A stretch of 64,000 nucleotides of DNA, taken from Minisyncoccota bacterium (GTDB taxonomy: Bacteria > Patescibacteriota > Minisyncoccia > Phycocordibacterales > UBA1006). The position numbers were made by a program, and so were the translations under genes. Of this stretch, positions 19,012 to 27,274 are shown piece after piece. The stretch spans positions 30,514 to 94,513 of the forward strand of contig JALEGN010000001.1 in the NCBI GenBank assembly GCA_022763365.1, written 5' to 3'. How positions within the stretch are numbered: position 1 is the stretch's first letter; each line of letters begins with the position of its first letter. The notes beneath the pieces are model-generated. The model saw only the letters and a list, made by a program, of their open reading frames with translations, had not been told where the DNA came from and searched no databases.

Positions 19012-21027
19012 GTGGTATACTTTAGGTATAATTTTTTAAAAATATTTATGGCTAAAGAGACAAAAAAAACTACGAAAAAGAAAGAATATAGCGCATCAGA
19101 TATTTCGGTGCTTGAAGGACTTGAACCAGTACGTAAACGTCCTGGTATGTATATTGGGTCAACAGGTCCTGATGGTCTACATCACCTCATTCGAGAAATC
19201 TTTGATAACTCTCGTGATGAGGCGATGGGAGGTCATGCTGATCATATTGAAATTACACTACTACCTGATAATTATGTCCGCGTTGTTGACAATGGGCGGG
19301 GTATCCCAGTTGATAAACATCCAAAAACAGGACAATCGGCTCTTGAGGTGATTATGACAACACTTCACGCTGGAGGGAAATTTGATAATGAATCATATAA
19401 ATTCTCTGGAGGACTCCATGGAGTAGGAGCTTCGGTAGTGAACGCTCTTTCAATTCATACTAAAGCCGAGGTTCACCGCGGTGGAGATAAATATGTTCAA
19501 GAATATTCTATTGGTAAACCCAAAGGAAAAGTAAAAAAAGTAGGTAAAACGAAACATAACGGTACGATAATTATGTTTCAACCAGACGATACTATTTTTT
19601 CAGAAGTTGCTTTCAATTGGGAACGTATTATCAAACATTATCAACAGCAGGCTTATTTGGTGAAAAATTTACGTGTATCACTCATCGATGCTCGTAAATA
19701 TGAAGGTGATATTAACCTTGATGAAGTGTACCTTGAAGACTTAAATCTTCAGGTTCCATCTCAGAGTTTTTACTTTGAAGGAGGAATTGTATCAATGGTA
19801 CGTTATCTCAATGCTCATCAGAAAAAAGTTCATAAAAATATCTTCCATGTTGAAAAAGAAACAGAAGATGGTATTCAGGTTGAGTTGGCACTGCAGTATG
19901 TAGATGATATTTCACCTCGGATTGTTCCATTTGCGAATAATATTTCAACACCTGGAGGAGGAATGCATATCACGGGGTTTAAAACAGCACTAACGAGAAA
20001 TCTCAATAGTTATAATAAAGACAATAAAATTCTCTCTGAAAAAGATGGTTCACTATCAGGAGATGATGTCCTCGAAGGAATCTCAGTAGTAGTTTCTGTG
20101 AAAATGAAAGAGATTCAGTTTGAAGGACAAACTAAAGATAAATTAGGAAGTCCTGAGGCTCGAGGAGCTGTTGAGTCAGTATTTGGTGAAGCTTTCTCAG
20201 CGTATTTAGAGGAAAATCCAGATGATGCTAAGGCTATTTTGAAAAAAGCCTCACTAGCTATGAAGGCTCGTAAGGCTGCCAAGGCTGTAAAGGATTCAAT
20301 CTTACGTAAAGGGGCTCTTGAAGGATTTACCTTACCAGGAAAATTAACCGATTGTCAGACGAAAAATGCTGACGAAGCTGAAATCTTTATCGTTGAGGGA
20401 GATTCTGCGGGCGGTACGGCTAAACAAGGTCGTGACCGAAAAACCCAAGCTATCTTGCCGCTTCGTGGTAAGCCTTTGAATGTTGAGCGTGTACGCTTAG
20501 ATAGAATGCTTGGAAATAATGAGATTAAATCAATGGTAGTAGCCTTTGGTACTTCAATTGGTGAAACCTTCGATATTGAAAAAGCTCGCTATAAAAAAAT
20601 TGTTATTGCAACGGATGCGGACGTTGATGGTGCACACATTCGAATCCTTTTGATGACATTTTTCTTCCGTTACTTTAGAGAATTCATTGATAATGGATAT
20701 ATCTATGTAGCACAACCACCACTATATAAAATTAAACAAGGTAAAACACTTCACTATGCTTTCTCAGATGAAGAACGAGATGCTATCTTAGATAGTCTGA
20801 CCGGAAAAGGTGAGCCACATGTACAACGGTATAAGGGACTTGGAGAAATGAATGCAGAGGAATTATGGGAAACTACCATGAATCCAGAAACGCGTACATT
20901 AAAACAGGTTACCGTGGATGATGCTCTTGAGGCTGATCAAATTTTTGATACCTTAATGGGATCTGATGTTGAACCACGTAAGGCGTTTATTCAGAATAAT
21001 GCTAAATTAGCTGAAATTGATATTTAA
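19012..21027 (+). CDS. gyrB: DNA gyrase subunit B, compact form (likely start MAKETKK at ~19048)
   Basis: GHKL ATPase motifs (GLHHLIREIFDNSRDE, DNGRGIP, GLHGVGASVVNALS), TOPRIM EIFIVEGDSAGG, and QRYKGLGEMN. Confidence 0.9.
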   Translation: MVYFRYNFLKIFMAKETKKTTKKKEYSASDISVLEGLEPVRKRPGMYIGSTGPDGLHHLIREIFDNSRDEAMGGHADHIEITLLPDNYVRVVDNGRGIPVDKHPKTGQSALEVIMTTLHAGGKFDNESYKFSGGLHGVGASVVNALSIHTKAEVHRGGDKYVQEYSIGKPKGKVKKVGKTKHNGTIIMFQPDDTIFSEVAFNWERIIKHYQQQAYLVKNLRVSLIDARKYEGDINLDEVYLEDLNLQVPSQSFYFEGGIVSMVRYLNAHQKKVHKNIFHVEKETEDGIQVELALQYVDDISPRIVPFANNISTPGGGMHITGFKTALTRNLNSYNKDNKILSEKDGSLSGDDVLEGISVVVSVKMKEIQFEGQTKDKLGSPEARGAVESVFGEAFSAYLEENPDDAKAILKKASLAMKARKAAKAVKDSILRKGALEGFTLPGKLTDCQTKNADEAEIFIVEGDSAGGTAKQGRDRKTQAILPLRGKPLNVERVRLDRMLGNNEIKSMVVAFGTSIGETFDIEKARYKKIVIATDADVDGAHIRILLMTFFFRYFREFIDNGYIYVAQPPLYKIKQGKTLHYAFSDEERDAILDSLTGKGEPHVQRYKGLGEMNAEELWETTMNPETRTLKQVTVDDALEADQIFDTLMGSDVEPRKAFIQNNAKLAEIDI

Positions 21028-21276
21028 AATAAAAAACACCTGAGGTGTTTTTTATTTGAGGCATTTTTTAGCCATCTTTGATAGCTCGTCAATGTTTTTA
21101 CGTTTTTGATTTCGTAGTTTAGTCCACAGTTTTTTATCATCAGCATTTTTTGATTCTGGGAGATAATGTTCTTCGATTCGCCAGAGTGACTTTTGTTCCT
21201 GAACGAGTTGATTAAGAATGTTAAAATCGTGATTATTCATAGATTATATACGTTTAACTAATATATATGTAGTATA

Positions 21277-21750
21277 TCATTTTTTCATAAGGTATGAGAT
21301 AGCAGTCTCAAGAGATTTAAAAGTCTTTTGATTAAATCTTTGTGCAACAATATCTACGTTTCCTTTTCGCCAAAAGCCTTCCGGGCATATGATTAATATT
21401 TCTTTTTCTTTAATCATTAGTCCTAATTCTAATAATGAGATAGGGGAAAGAGTGCCTGGCTGTAAGTACATGATAATAATGTCAGCTTGTTCTAGCGCAT
21501 CTAATTCCCAATTTACTTGGGTGTTAAATTCTTTTTCTTCAATATCTTGTTTTAATTCCGGATTCCAAGATTCTCTTCGTGGATTAAATAACGTATATGT
21601 ATTTGAAAGTTTTTCTTCGCAATATTTTTGCCAATTATCTGCTTTTCCTTGTTCTATCGACCCAGCTAAAAAAATACTTTTCTGTTTTGAGTTTCTTTTT
21701 GAAATATCTTGAGGTGCTTTATAGATAGTCATATAGTGTAATATTAACAC
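21277..21750 (-). CDS. nucleoside 2-deoxyribosyltransferase-like protein
   Basis: SIFLAGSIEQG...W and the overall ~155-aa Rossmann-like pattern typical of the family. Tentative. Confidence 0.45.
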   Translation of the reverse strand: MLILHYMTIYKAPQDISKRNSKQKSIFLAGSIEQGKADNWQKYCEEKLSNTYTLFNPRRESWNPELKQDIEEKEFNTQVNWELDALEQADIIIMYLQPGTLSPISLLELGLMIKEKEILIICPEGFWRKGNVDIVAQRFNQKTFKSLETAISYLMKK

Positions 21751-21787
21751 TTATTAATAAAAAATACCAGTAAGGTATACTGTATTT

Positions 21788-22537
21788 ATGGAATTTTTTC
21801 TATTTCTCATAATTGGATTACTTGTTGGTTATATAGGTGGTTATGCTGGAATTGGTGGTGCACCATTTCTTGTTGGGCTATTAGTTTTATTTCTAGGTGT
21901 ATCCCAGTTTGAAGCACAGGGAACAGTACTAGCCATGATGATGGGTCCCATGAGTCTTCTAGGTGTCATGACTATGCGAAAAGAAATTTTTGCTCAATGG
22001 AAGTCAATTGTTGTGGGTGTATTATCTTACGCATTTTTTTCTTATTTTGGAGCTGAGCTAGCTTTTAGTATTGGGGAATCATTGATTCAGATTTATTTTG
22101 CAATTCTTCTAATAATAATTGCTCTATTACAATTTATACCTTCAGATTTTTTTAAAAATGATATACAACAAGTTGAATCAATACATCCATTGTGGATGTT
22201 TATTATTGGCTCCGTAACTGGAATAATTGGAGGTTTATTTGGGATAGGAGCAGGTGTCCTCATGATTCCTGTTTTTATGAGTATATTTCATCTTAAAAAA
22301 GAATATGCCAGGGCACTTTCTCTGGCTATATTATTGCCGCCAGTTAGTTTAGGAGCTTTTATTAAGTACTATCAAGAGGGTGTTGTTGATTGGTCTATTG
22401 CTGTTATATTATTTATCGCCTATTTTGTTGCAAATTACTTTGGTGCAAAACAGGGAAGTAAAGCATCAACGGGTATATTTAAAATAGTATATGGAGTACT
22501 TTTAATAATCACTGCTGTTATTTATTTTTTCTCATGA
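21788..22537 (+). CDS. TSUP (TauE/SafE) family membrane transporter
   Basis: A duplicated 4-TM architecture with G-rich GYIGGYAGIGGAPFLV and GIIGGLFGIGAGVLMIP motifs. Confidence 0.75.
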   Translation: MEFFLFLIIGLLVGYIGGYAGIGGAPFLVGLLVLFLGVSQFEAQGTVLAMMMGPMSLLGVMTMRKEIFAQWKSIVVGVLSYAFFSYFGAELAFSIGESLIQIYFAILLIIIALLQFIPSDFFKNDIQQVESIHPLWMFIIGSVTGIIGGLFGIGAGVLMIPVFMSIFHLKKEYARALSLAILLPPVSLGAFIKYYQEGVVDWSIAVILFIAYFVANYFGAKQGSKASTGIFKIVYGVLLIITAVIYFFS

Positions 22538-22560
22538 TATATCCATGTTAGGATTATTGC

Positions 22561-23037
22561 ATGTTGCAAACTTTTAAAAAGAAATTATGCAAAATATTAT
22601 GTTCAAAGAAAAAGCCTCGAGAAGTTGTTATTGTATACCCCTTTAATACAAAAACCAAAGAGCTACTTCTAATCGAAGAATATATTCATCATTATAAAAA
22701 GTCTTTCTGGAAATTTGTGAGTGGTGGAGTAGATAAAAACGATAAAGATCTAATCACTCATGCACGTGAAGAACTAGCTGAAGAAGTGGCTTTAGAATCT
22801 GAAAATCTCTACCACGTGTATTCAGCACCAAAGATTTTTGGTAACCGCGGAACTCATTTCTACGTTGCTGAAAATCCTATTACCATGAAGCATCCACCAA
22901 AGAATCCTGATACTGATGAAATTCTTAATCATAAATGGGTGAACCAAGAACAGTTTCAGAAAATGCTTGATGTTAAAGAATTGTTATGGGACGAGGCGAC
23001 TATGGTCGCCCTACAATTATTTAGAAAATATAAATAA
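22561..23037 (+). CDS. NUDIX hydrolase
   Basis: Nudix box SGGVDKNDKDLITHAREELAEEVAL (GX5EX7REUXEEXGU). Confidence 0.7.
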   Translation: MLQTFKKKLCKILCSKKKPREVVIVYPFNTKTKELLLIEEYIHHYKKSFWKFVSGGVDKNDKDLITHAREELAEEVALESENLYHVYSAPKIFGNRGTHFYVAENPITMKHPPKNPDTDEILNHKWVNQEQFQKMLDVKELLWDEATMVALQLFRKYK

Positions 23038-23069
23038 AAAACACCCTAAGGTGTTTTTTTATTTTAGGT

Positions 23070-23207
23070 TTATTTACCTACGTAGTGCCGAGAGTTTCGA
23101 CGTGTTTTAGCAACTTCAAGCATTGCTTTTTTAGCTTCTAATCGTTTTTTGGTTTTATGAGACTTGGTGGTCTTCATGTTTCCAACGCTATTTAATCGTT
23201 TTCCCAT
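23070..23207 (-). CDS. small highly basic protein (45 aa), possibly ribosomal-protein-like
   Basis: MGKRLNSVGNMKTTKSHKTKKRLEAKKAMLEVAKTRRNSRHYVGK. It is below the ORF-track cutoff and sits between terminators. No family assigned. Confidence 0.25.
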   Translation of the reverse strand: MGKRLNSVGNMKTTKSHKTKKRLEAKKAMLEVAKTRRNSRHYVGK

Positions 23208-23301
23208 ATGAATACCAGTATACATATATTTCAGAAAAATAAAGTAATTTTAAGATTTTGACCTAGGTTTATTTATTTAATAAACATAATATAGTAAAGA
23301 T

Positions 23302-24072
23302 ATGAAAATAATTACACTTAATGCTTGGTGTGGGCGTGCTGGTTCAAGCGTTCATGATTTTTTTAAAAACTATGGTGATACTGATATCTTTTGTCTCCAA
23401 GAAGTTGATTTAGATGGAAGTAAGTTTGGTAAAGATGTAACTGGAGCAAATCCTCCAGCAGGTGATCCATTTCTTTTTCGCTCTATTCAGGATATTTTAC
23501 CTGGTCATCATGGGTTTTTTGCACCAATACTCTCAAGTTGGTGGGGAAATGCAATCTTTATTAGTAATGAACTCTATAGAAATATGACTGCTTATGGGGA
23601 AGTTTTGATTTCTGACGAACAGCAAAAATATATGGAGTATGATACCTGGTTTAGACGATCATTACAGTGGGTAGATTTTTCAAAGGATGGAGAATTGTAT
23701 ACGGTAGTTAATTATCACGGTCTTTGGGAGCGTGATAAAGGAAAGGGCGATAGTCCTGATCGAATAGAACAATCACAAAATATTATTAATTTCCTAGAAA
23801 CAAAAAAGGAAAGAAAAATAATCCTCACAGGTGATTTTAACCTTAGTCCAGATACTGACAGTTTAAAAATGCTGAGTAATCTTGGGTTAATAAATTTAAT
23901 TTCAGAATTTAATATTACTGATACTCGAACTTCATTATATGAAAAAGAAAACCGTTTTGCAGACTATACTTTTATTAGCCCAGAGATCAAAGTAAAAGAA
24001 TTTAAGGTTTTGCCTGATGAGGTGTCAGATCATGCACCCTTATTGTTAGAAATTGAACAAAAAAAGACCTAG
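23302..24072 (+). CDS. endonuclease/exonuclease/phosphatase (EEP) family protein
   Basis: IFCLQEVD, LTGDFNL and SDHAPLLL motifs. Confidence 0.7.
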   Translation: MKIITLNAWCGRAGSSVHDFFKNYGDTDIFCLQEVDLDGSKFGKDVTGANPPAGDPFLFRSIQDILPGHHGFFAPILSSWWGNAIFISNELYRNMTAYGEVLISDEQQKYMEYDTWFRRSLQWVDFSKDGELYTVVNYHGLWERDKGKGDSPDRIEQSQNIINFLETKKERKIILTGDFNLSPDTDSLKMLSNLGLINLISEFNITDTRTSLYEKENRFADYTFISPEIKVKEFKVLPDEVSDHAPLLLEIEQKKT

Positions 24073-25811
24073 TCTAGGTCTTTTTTAATATCTTCAATAA
24101 ATTGTGCAGGTGGAATTCCTTTTTCTCCACCATCTTTATTTTCAATTGTTAGTGTTTGGGAATTAACCTCCTCATCTCCAATAATAATCCAGTACGGTAG
24201 CTTTTCATTTTTAGCACGGCGAACTTTTTTACCAAACCCATCTTTGTCATCGTTCCAAAGCTCTACTCGAGCACCAGATTCTTTTAATGATTCATATACT
24301 GATGTTGCATAGTCGTTATGAATATCTGATTTAATTGGGATAACAGCAATCTGAAGAGGGGCAAGCCACAAGGGAAAATGACCAGCAAAATGCTCAATCG
24401 CGAGAGACATAAATCGCTCAAGCGATCCTGCAATAGCACGGTGAATCATCACCGGTGTTTGTTTGTGACCTTCATGGTCAGTATATTCCAGTTCAAATCG
24501 AGCAGGTTGTACAAAATCTAGTTGTGCAGTCCCTAATTGCCATTCACGTCCCAAGGCATCACGAAATTGGAAATCTAATTTTGGCCCGTAAAATGCTGCC
24601 TCACCCTCAACTCGTTTGTAATTAAGATTATTTTCTTGAGCGATATCTTCTAGGATTGATTCAGCTTTATCCCATAAATTATCATCACCAATATATTTAT
24701 CTAAATCCTGTGAATCGCGAACAGATAGGGATACCCAATAGTCTCCGTCATTAAACATATTCATGGCGGTGTAAAATTCTTTAATAATGGAAACAATATT
24801 ATTTACCTCTTGTTTAATTTGTTCCGGAGTACAGAAAATATGACCATCATCTTGTGATATGGAACGAACTCGTGAAAGCCCCATTAACTCTCCAGCCTGT
24901 TCATCACGATAGACCATCGTTGTTTCTGCGTAACGTAAGGGAAGGTCACGATACGAACGAGGTTCAGCATCAAAAATTTGAGTATGATGCGGACAGTTCA
25001 TAGGTTTCATCACAAATTCAGCATCAGATTTTCCTTTTACATGGAATAGGTCGTCTTTGTATTTATCCCAGTGTCCTGAAGTTTTGTAGAGATCTGATTT
25101 CGTAATATGTGGAATACATACTTGTTCGTATCCATACTGAGATTGAATTGAACTGATTTTTTCAGTAACGAGATTTCTAATTTTTGTTCCTTTTGGTGTA
25201 AAGAGGGGAAGTCCTGGTCCAACTTTTTCTGAAAAGGTAAAGAGGCCAAGTTCTTTTCCGATTTTTCTATGGTCACGTTTTTTCGCTTCTTCGCGCAATC
25301 TAAGATATTCATCAAGTTCTTCTTTGGTATCAAAGGCAAGACCATACACACGAGTCAGCATTTTATTATTTTCGTCTCCTCGCCAATAGGCACCAGCAAC
25401 GCGATCAAGTTTAAAGGCATCCATGGCGACATCTTCTTTAAAATTTTCTACATGCCCTCCACGACAGAGATCGGTAAAATCTCCTGAGGTATAAAGGGTA
25501 ATATCTTCACCTTTAGCTTCAATCTCTTCAATCAATTCCAATTTATATTCGTTATCAACAAAAAATTCTCTGGCTTCGTCTGGAGAAACTGTTTTTCCAT
25601 CAAAGCTTGTCCAAGAATTTGCCATCTTTTTCATAGTTTTTTGAATTTTTTTCAAATCACTATCGTTAATAGGTTTAGTAAAATCCATATCGTAATAAAA
25701 TCCATTTTCAATATGGGGACCTAAGGTCACCTTTGTGTCAGGGTAGAGTTTCAAAGTTGCTGCCGCCAAAAGGTGAGCGAGAGAATGTCGTTTTTTTTCT
25801 ATTTCAGTCAT
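24069..25811 (-). CDS. thrS: threonine--tRNA ligase (compact, lacking most of the N-terminal extension)
   Basis: Class II aaRS motifs. Zinc-site and anticodon-binding regions (HRAIAGSLERFMS, CPHH). A T-box leader lies upstream. Confidence 0.9.
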   Translation of the reverse strand: MTEIEKKRHSLAHLLAAATLKLYPDTKVTLGPHIENGFYYDMDFTKPINDSDLKKIQKTMKKMANSWTSFDGKTVSPDEAREFFVDNEYKLELIEEIEAKGEDITLYTSGDFTDLCRGGHVENFKEDVAMDAFKLDRVAGAYWRGDENNKMLTRVYGLAFDTKEELDEYLRLREEAKKRDHRKIGKELGLFTFSEKVGPGLPLFTPKGTKIRNLVTEKISSIQSQYGYEQVCIPHITKSDLYKTSGHWDKYKDDLFHVKGKSDAEFVMKPMNCPHHTQIFDAEPRSYRDLPLRYAETTMVYRDEQAGELMGLSRVRSISQDDGHIFCTPEQIKQEVNNIVSIIKEFYTAMNMFNDGDYWVSLSVRDSQDLDKYIGDDNLWDKAESILEDIAQENNLNYKRVEGEAAFYGPKLDFQFRDALGREWQLGTAQLDFVQPARFELEYTDHEGHKQTPVMIHRAIAGSLERFMSLAIEHFAGHFPLWLAPLQIAVIPIKSDIHNDYATSVYESLKESGARVELWNDDKDGFGKKVRRAKNEKLPYWIIIGDEEVNSQTLTIENKDGGEKGIPPAQFIEDIKKDLD

Positions 25812-26075
25812 ACTTAATAAGTCTTTAATTTCTCAATAATATCTTGCCGAGATTTTTAAATCGATCTGCATAAGTAAAATATATTCGTAAACTCATTATT
25901 TTACTAAAAAAATCGTCCAGCAAGTATGCAAAAAGCATCTTACTAGGACGATTTAAAAACCGCGGTTCCACCTAGCTTCTGATTGATATTTCAATCAGCT
26001 CTTGAGAATTCAGATTAGGCCGAAGCTTGTAATTGATACAATTATGGTTGGTAGTCATAACAATCTCTGATATTT
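25812..26075 (-). promoter_or_regulatory. T-box riboswitch leader of thrS, with the conserved T-box sequence and a terminator/antiterminator
   Basis: On the minus strand: Stem III-like hairpin ctgattgaaatatcaatcag, then AGGTGGAACCGCGG (T-box consensus GGTGGnACCGCG), then terminator ATCGTCC...GGACGAT plus a T-run (plus coordinates 25905-25951). The specifier loop is not confidently located. Confidence 0.55.
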
Positions 26076-26126
26076 ATAGAATATCATAATCTTTAAGGGT
26101 TACAACGATTAGGGTATACTGAATCT

Positions 26127-26501
26127 ATGAAAAACTATCATTCAGGTTTTGGTCCAAAAGGAGTCTTACGGAGTGCAAAAAATTCATTACGAGGATTTAG
26201 AGTTCTTATGCGAAATGAATATAATCTGTATATTCAGTTGTTTTTTGCCGCTATTGCAATAGCTTTTGGTTTTGTATTTGAAATTAGTTTAACTGAATGG
26301 GCGATTCAAATTGCGGTAATTGGACTCGTAATTTTTTCGGAATTGGTTAATACTGCAATTGAAAAAACGATGGATCTCGTGCATCCTAATTACGATGAGC
26401 GCGTTCGTGACATAAAAGACTTGGCATCAGGATCAGTATTGTTTATGGTCATTGTTTCAATTGCTGCTGGATTGTTGATTTATATTCCTAAGGTATTTTA
26501 A
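26127..26501 (+). CDS. dgkA: diacylglycerol kinase / undecaprenol kinase family (DgkA-like)
   Basis: Three TM helices plus SELVNTAIEKTMDLVHP. Confidence 0.7.
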   Translation: MKNYHSGFGPKGVLRSAKNSLRGFRVLMRNEYNLYIQLFFAAIAIAFGFVFEISLTEWAIQIAVIGLVIFSELVNTAIEKTMDLVHPNYDERVRDIKDLASGSVLFMVIVSIAAGLLIYIPKVF

Positions 26502-26539
26502 AAACCTCTCATAAATCTGAGAGGTTTTAAATTAATTAT

Positions 26540-26866
26540 TTAGGATATTGTAAATACCGTAATAGGAACAAATACATTTGTTTGTTTGAGTTTTACATAT
26601 TCTGGCCAACGTATGCTGGTAATAAAACACACACCGTCTTCGCATTGAATAATAGCGTGATTTTTTTCTTTATGTGCAAAAAAGCTAGTACCTTTTTTAA
26701 CCAAAATTTGATGAGATCCGGTATAACAACCTGGTTTTTTTATTTTGATATAAAAGTCTTCGATAGCTTTCATTATCATTGGTTCTTTGGTTAATCCTGT
26801 TTCTCTGAGAAAGGTAATCTGGTTATCATTAAAATTACAATCGTAAATGCTCTCTGATCTAATCAT
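26540..26866 (-). CDS. hypothetical protein, divergent from the TrpR-like regulator
   Basis: 108-aa ORF with no motif. Confidence 0.35.
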   Translation of the reverse strand: MIRSESIYDCNFNDNQITFLRETGLTKEPMIMKAIEDFYIKIKKPGCYTGSHQILVKKGTSFFAHKEKNHAIIQCEDGVCFITSIRWPEYVKLKQTNVFVPITVFTIS

Positions 26867-26918
26867 AGTGTTATTTTTTAAAGGAATTATTTTACTTATA
26901 AAGAAGTATACACAAAAA

Positions 26919-26960
26919 ATTTAAATGTATCAATGTACTAGTACATTGATACATTTAAAT
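26919..26960. promoter_or_regulatory. perfect 42-bp palindrome (21-bp arms), putative operator in a divergent promoter region
   Basis: aatttaaatgtatcaatgtac|tagtacattgatacatttaaat. It is centred 35 bp upstream of the TrpR-like gene start. Confidence 0.5.
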
Positions 26961-26974
26961 AATAAGGTATACTG

Positions 26975-27268
26975 ATGCTAACCATGAATCATCCGAATTT
27001 ACGAAAAAAACTTATTAAGGCTTTTGAACAAACACAGAAAAAAACAAGTGATGTTAATTTTCTCATAAATGCCTTATTAACATCTTCTGAAATAAATGAT
27101 ATTGCATTACGCCTCGAGATTCTCAGACGATTATCAGCAGGAGAAACACATAGATCAATTGCTGAATCTCTTGGCGTAGGAATTGCAACGGTAACGCGCG
27201 GTTCTAGGCAATTACAACAATCAGGTGGAACATTAGAAAAGTTTTTCAAAAATAAAAACCATGAATAA
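26975..27268 (+). CDS. TrpR-like DNA-binding protein (YerC/YecD family)
   Basis: RLSAGETHRSIAESLGVGIATVTRGSRQL matches the TrpR/YerC HTH. Confidence 0.7.
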   Translation: MLTMNHPNLRKKLIKAFEQTQKKTSDVNFLINALLTSSEINDIALRLEILRRLSAGETHRSIAESLGVGIATVTRGSRQLQQSGGTLEKFFKNKNHE

Positions 27269-27274
27269 TGGTTT

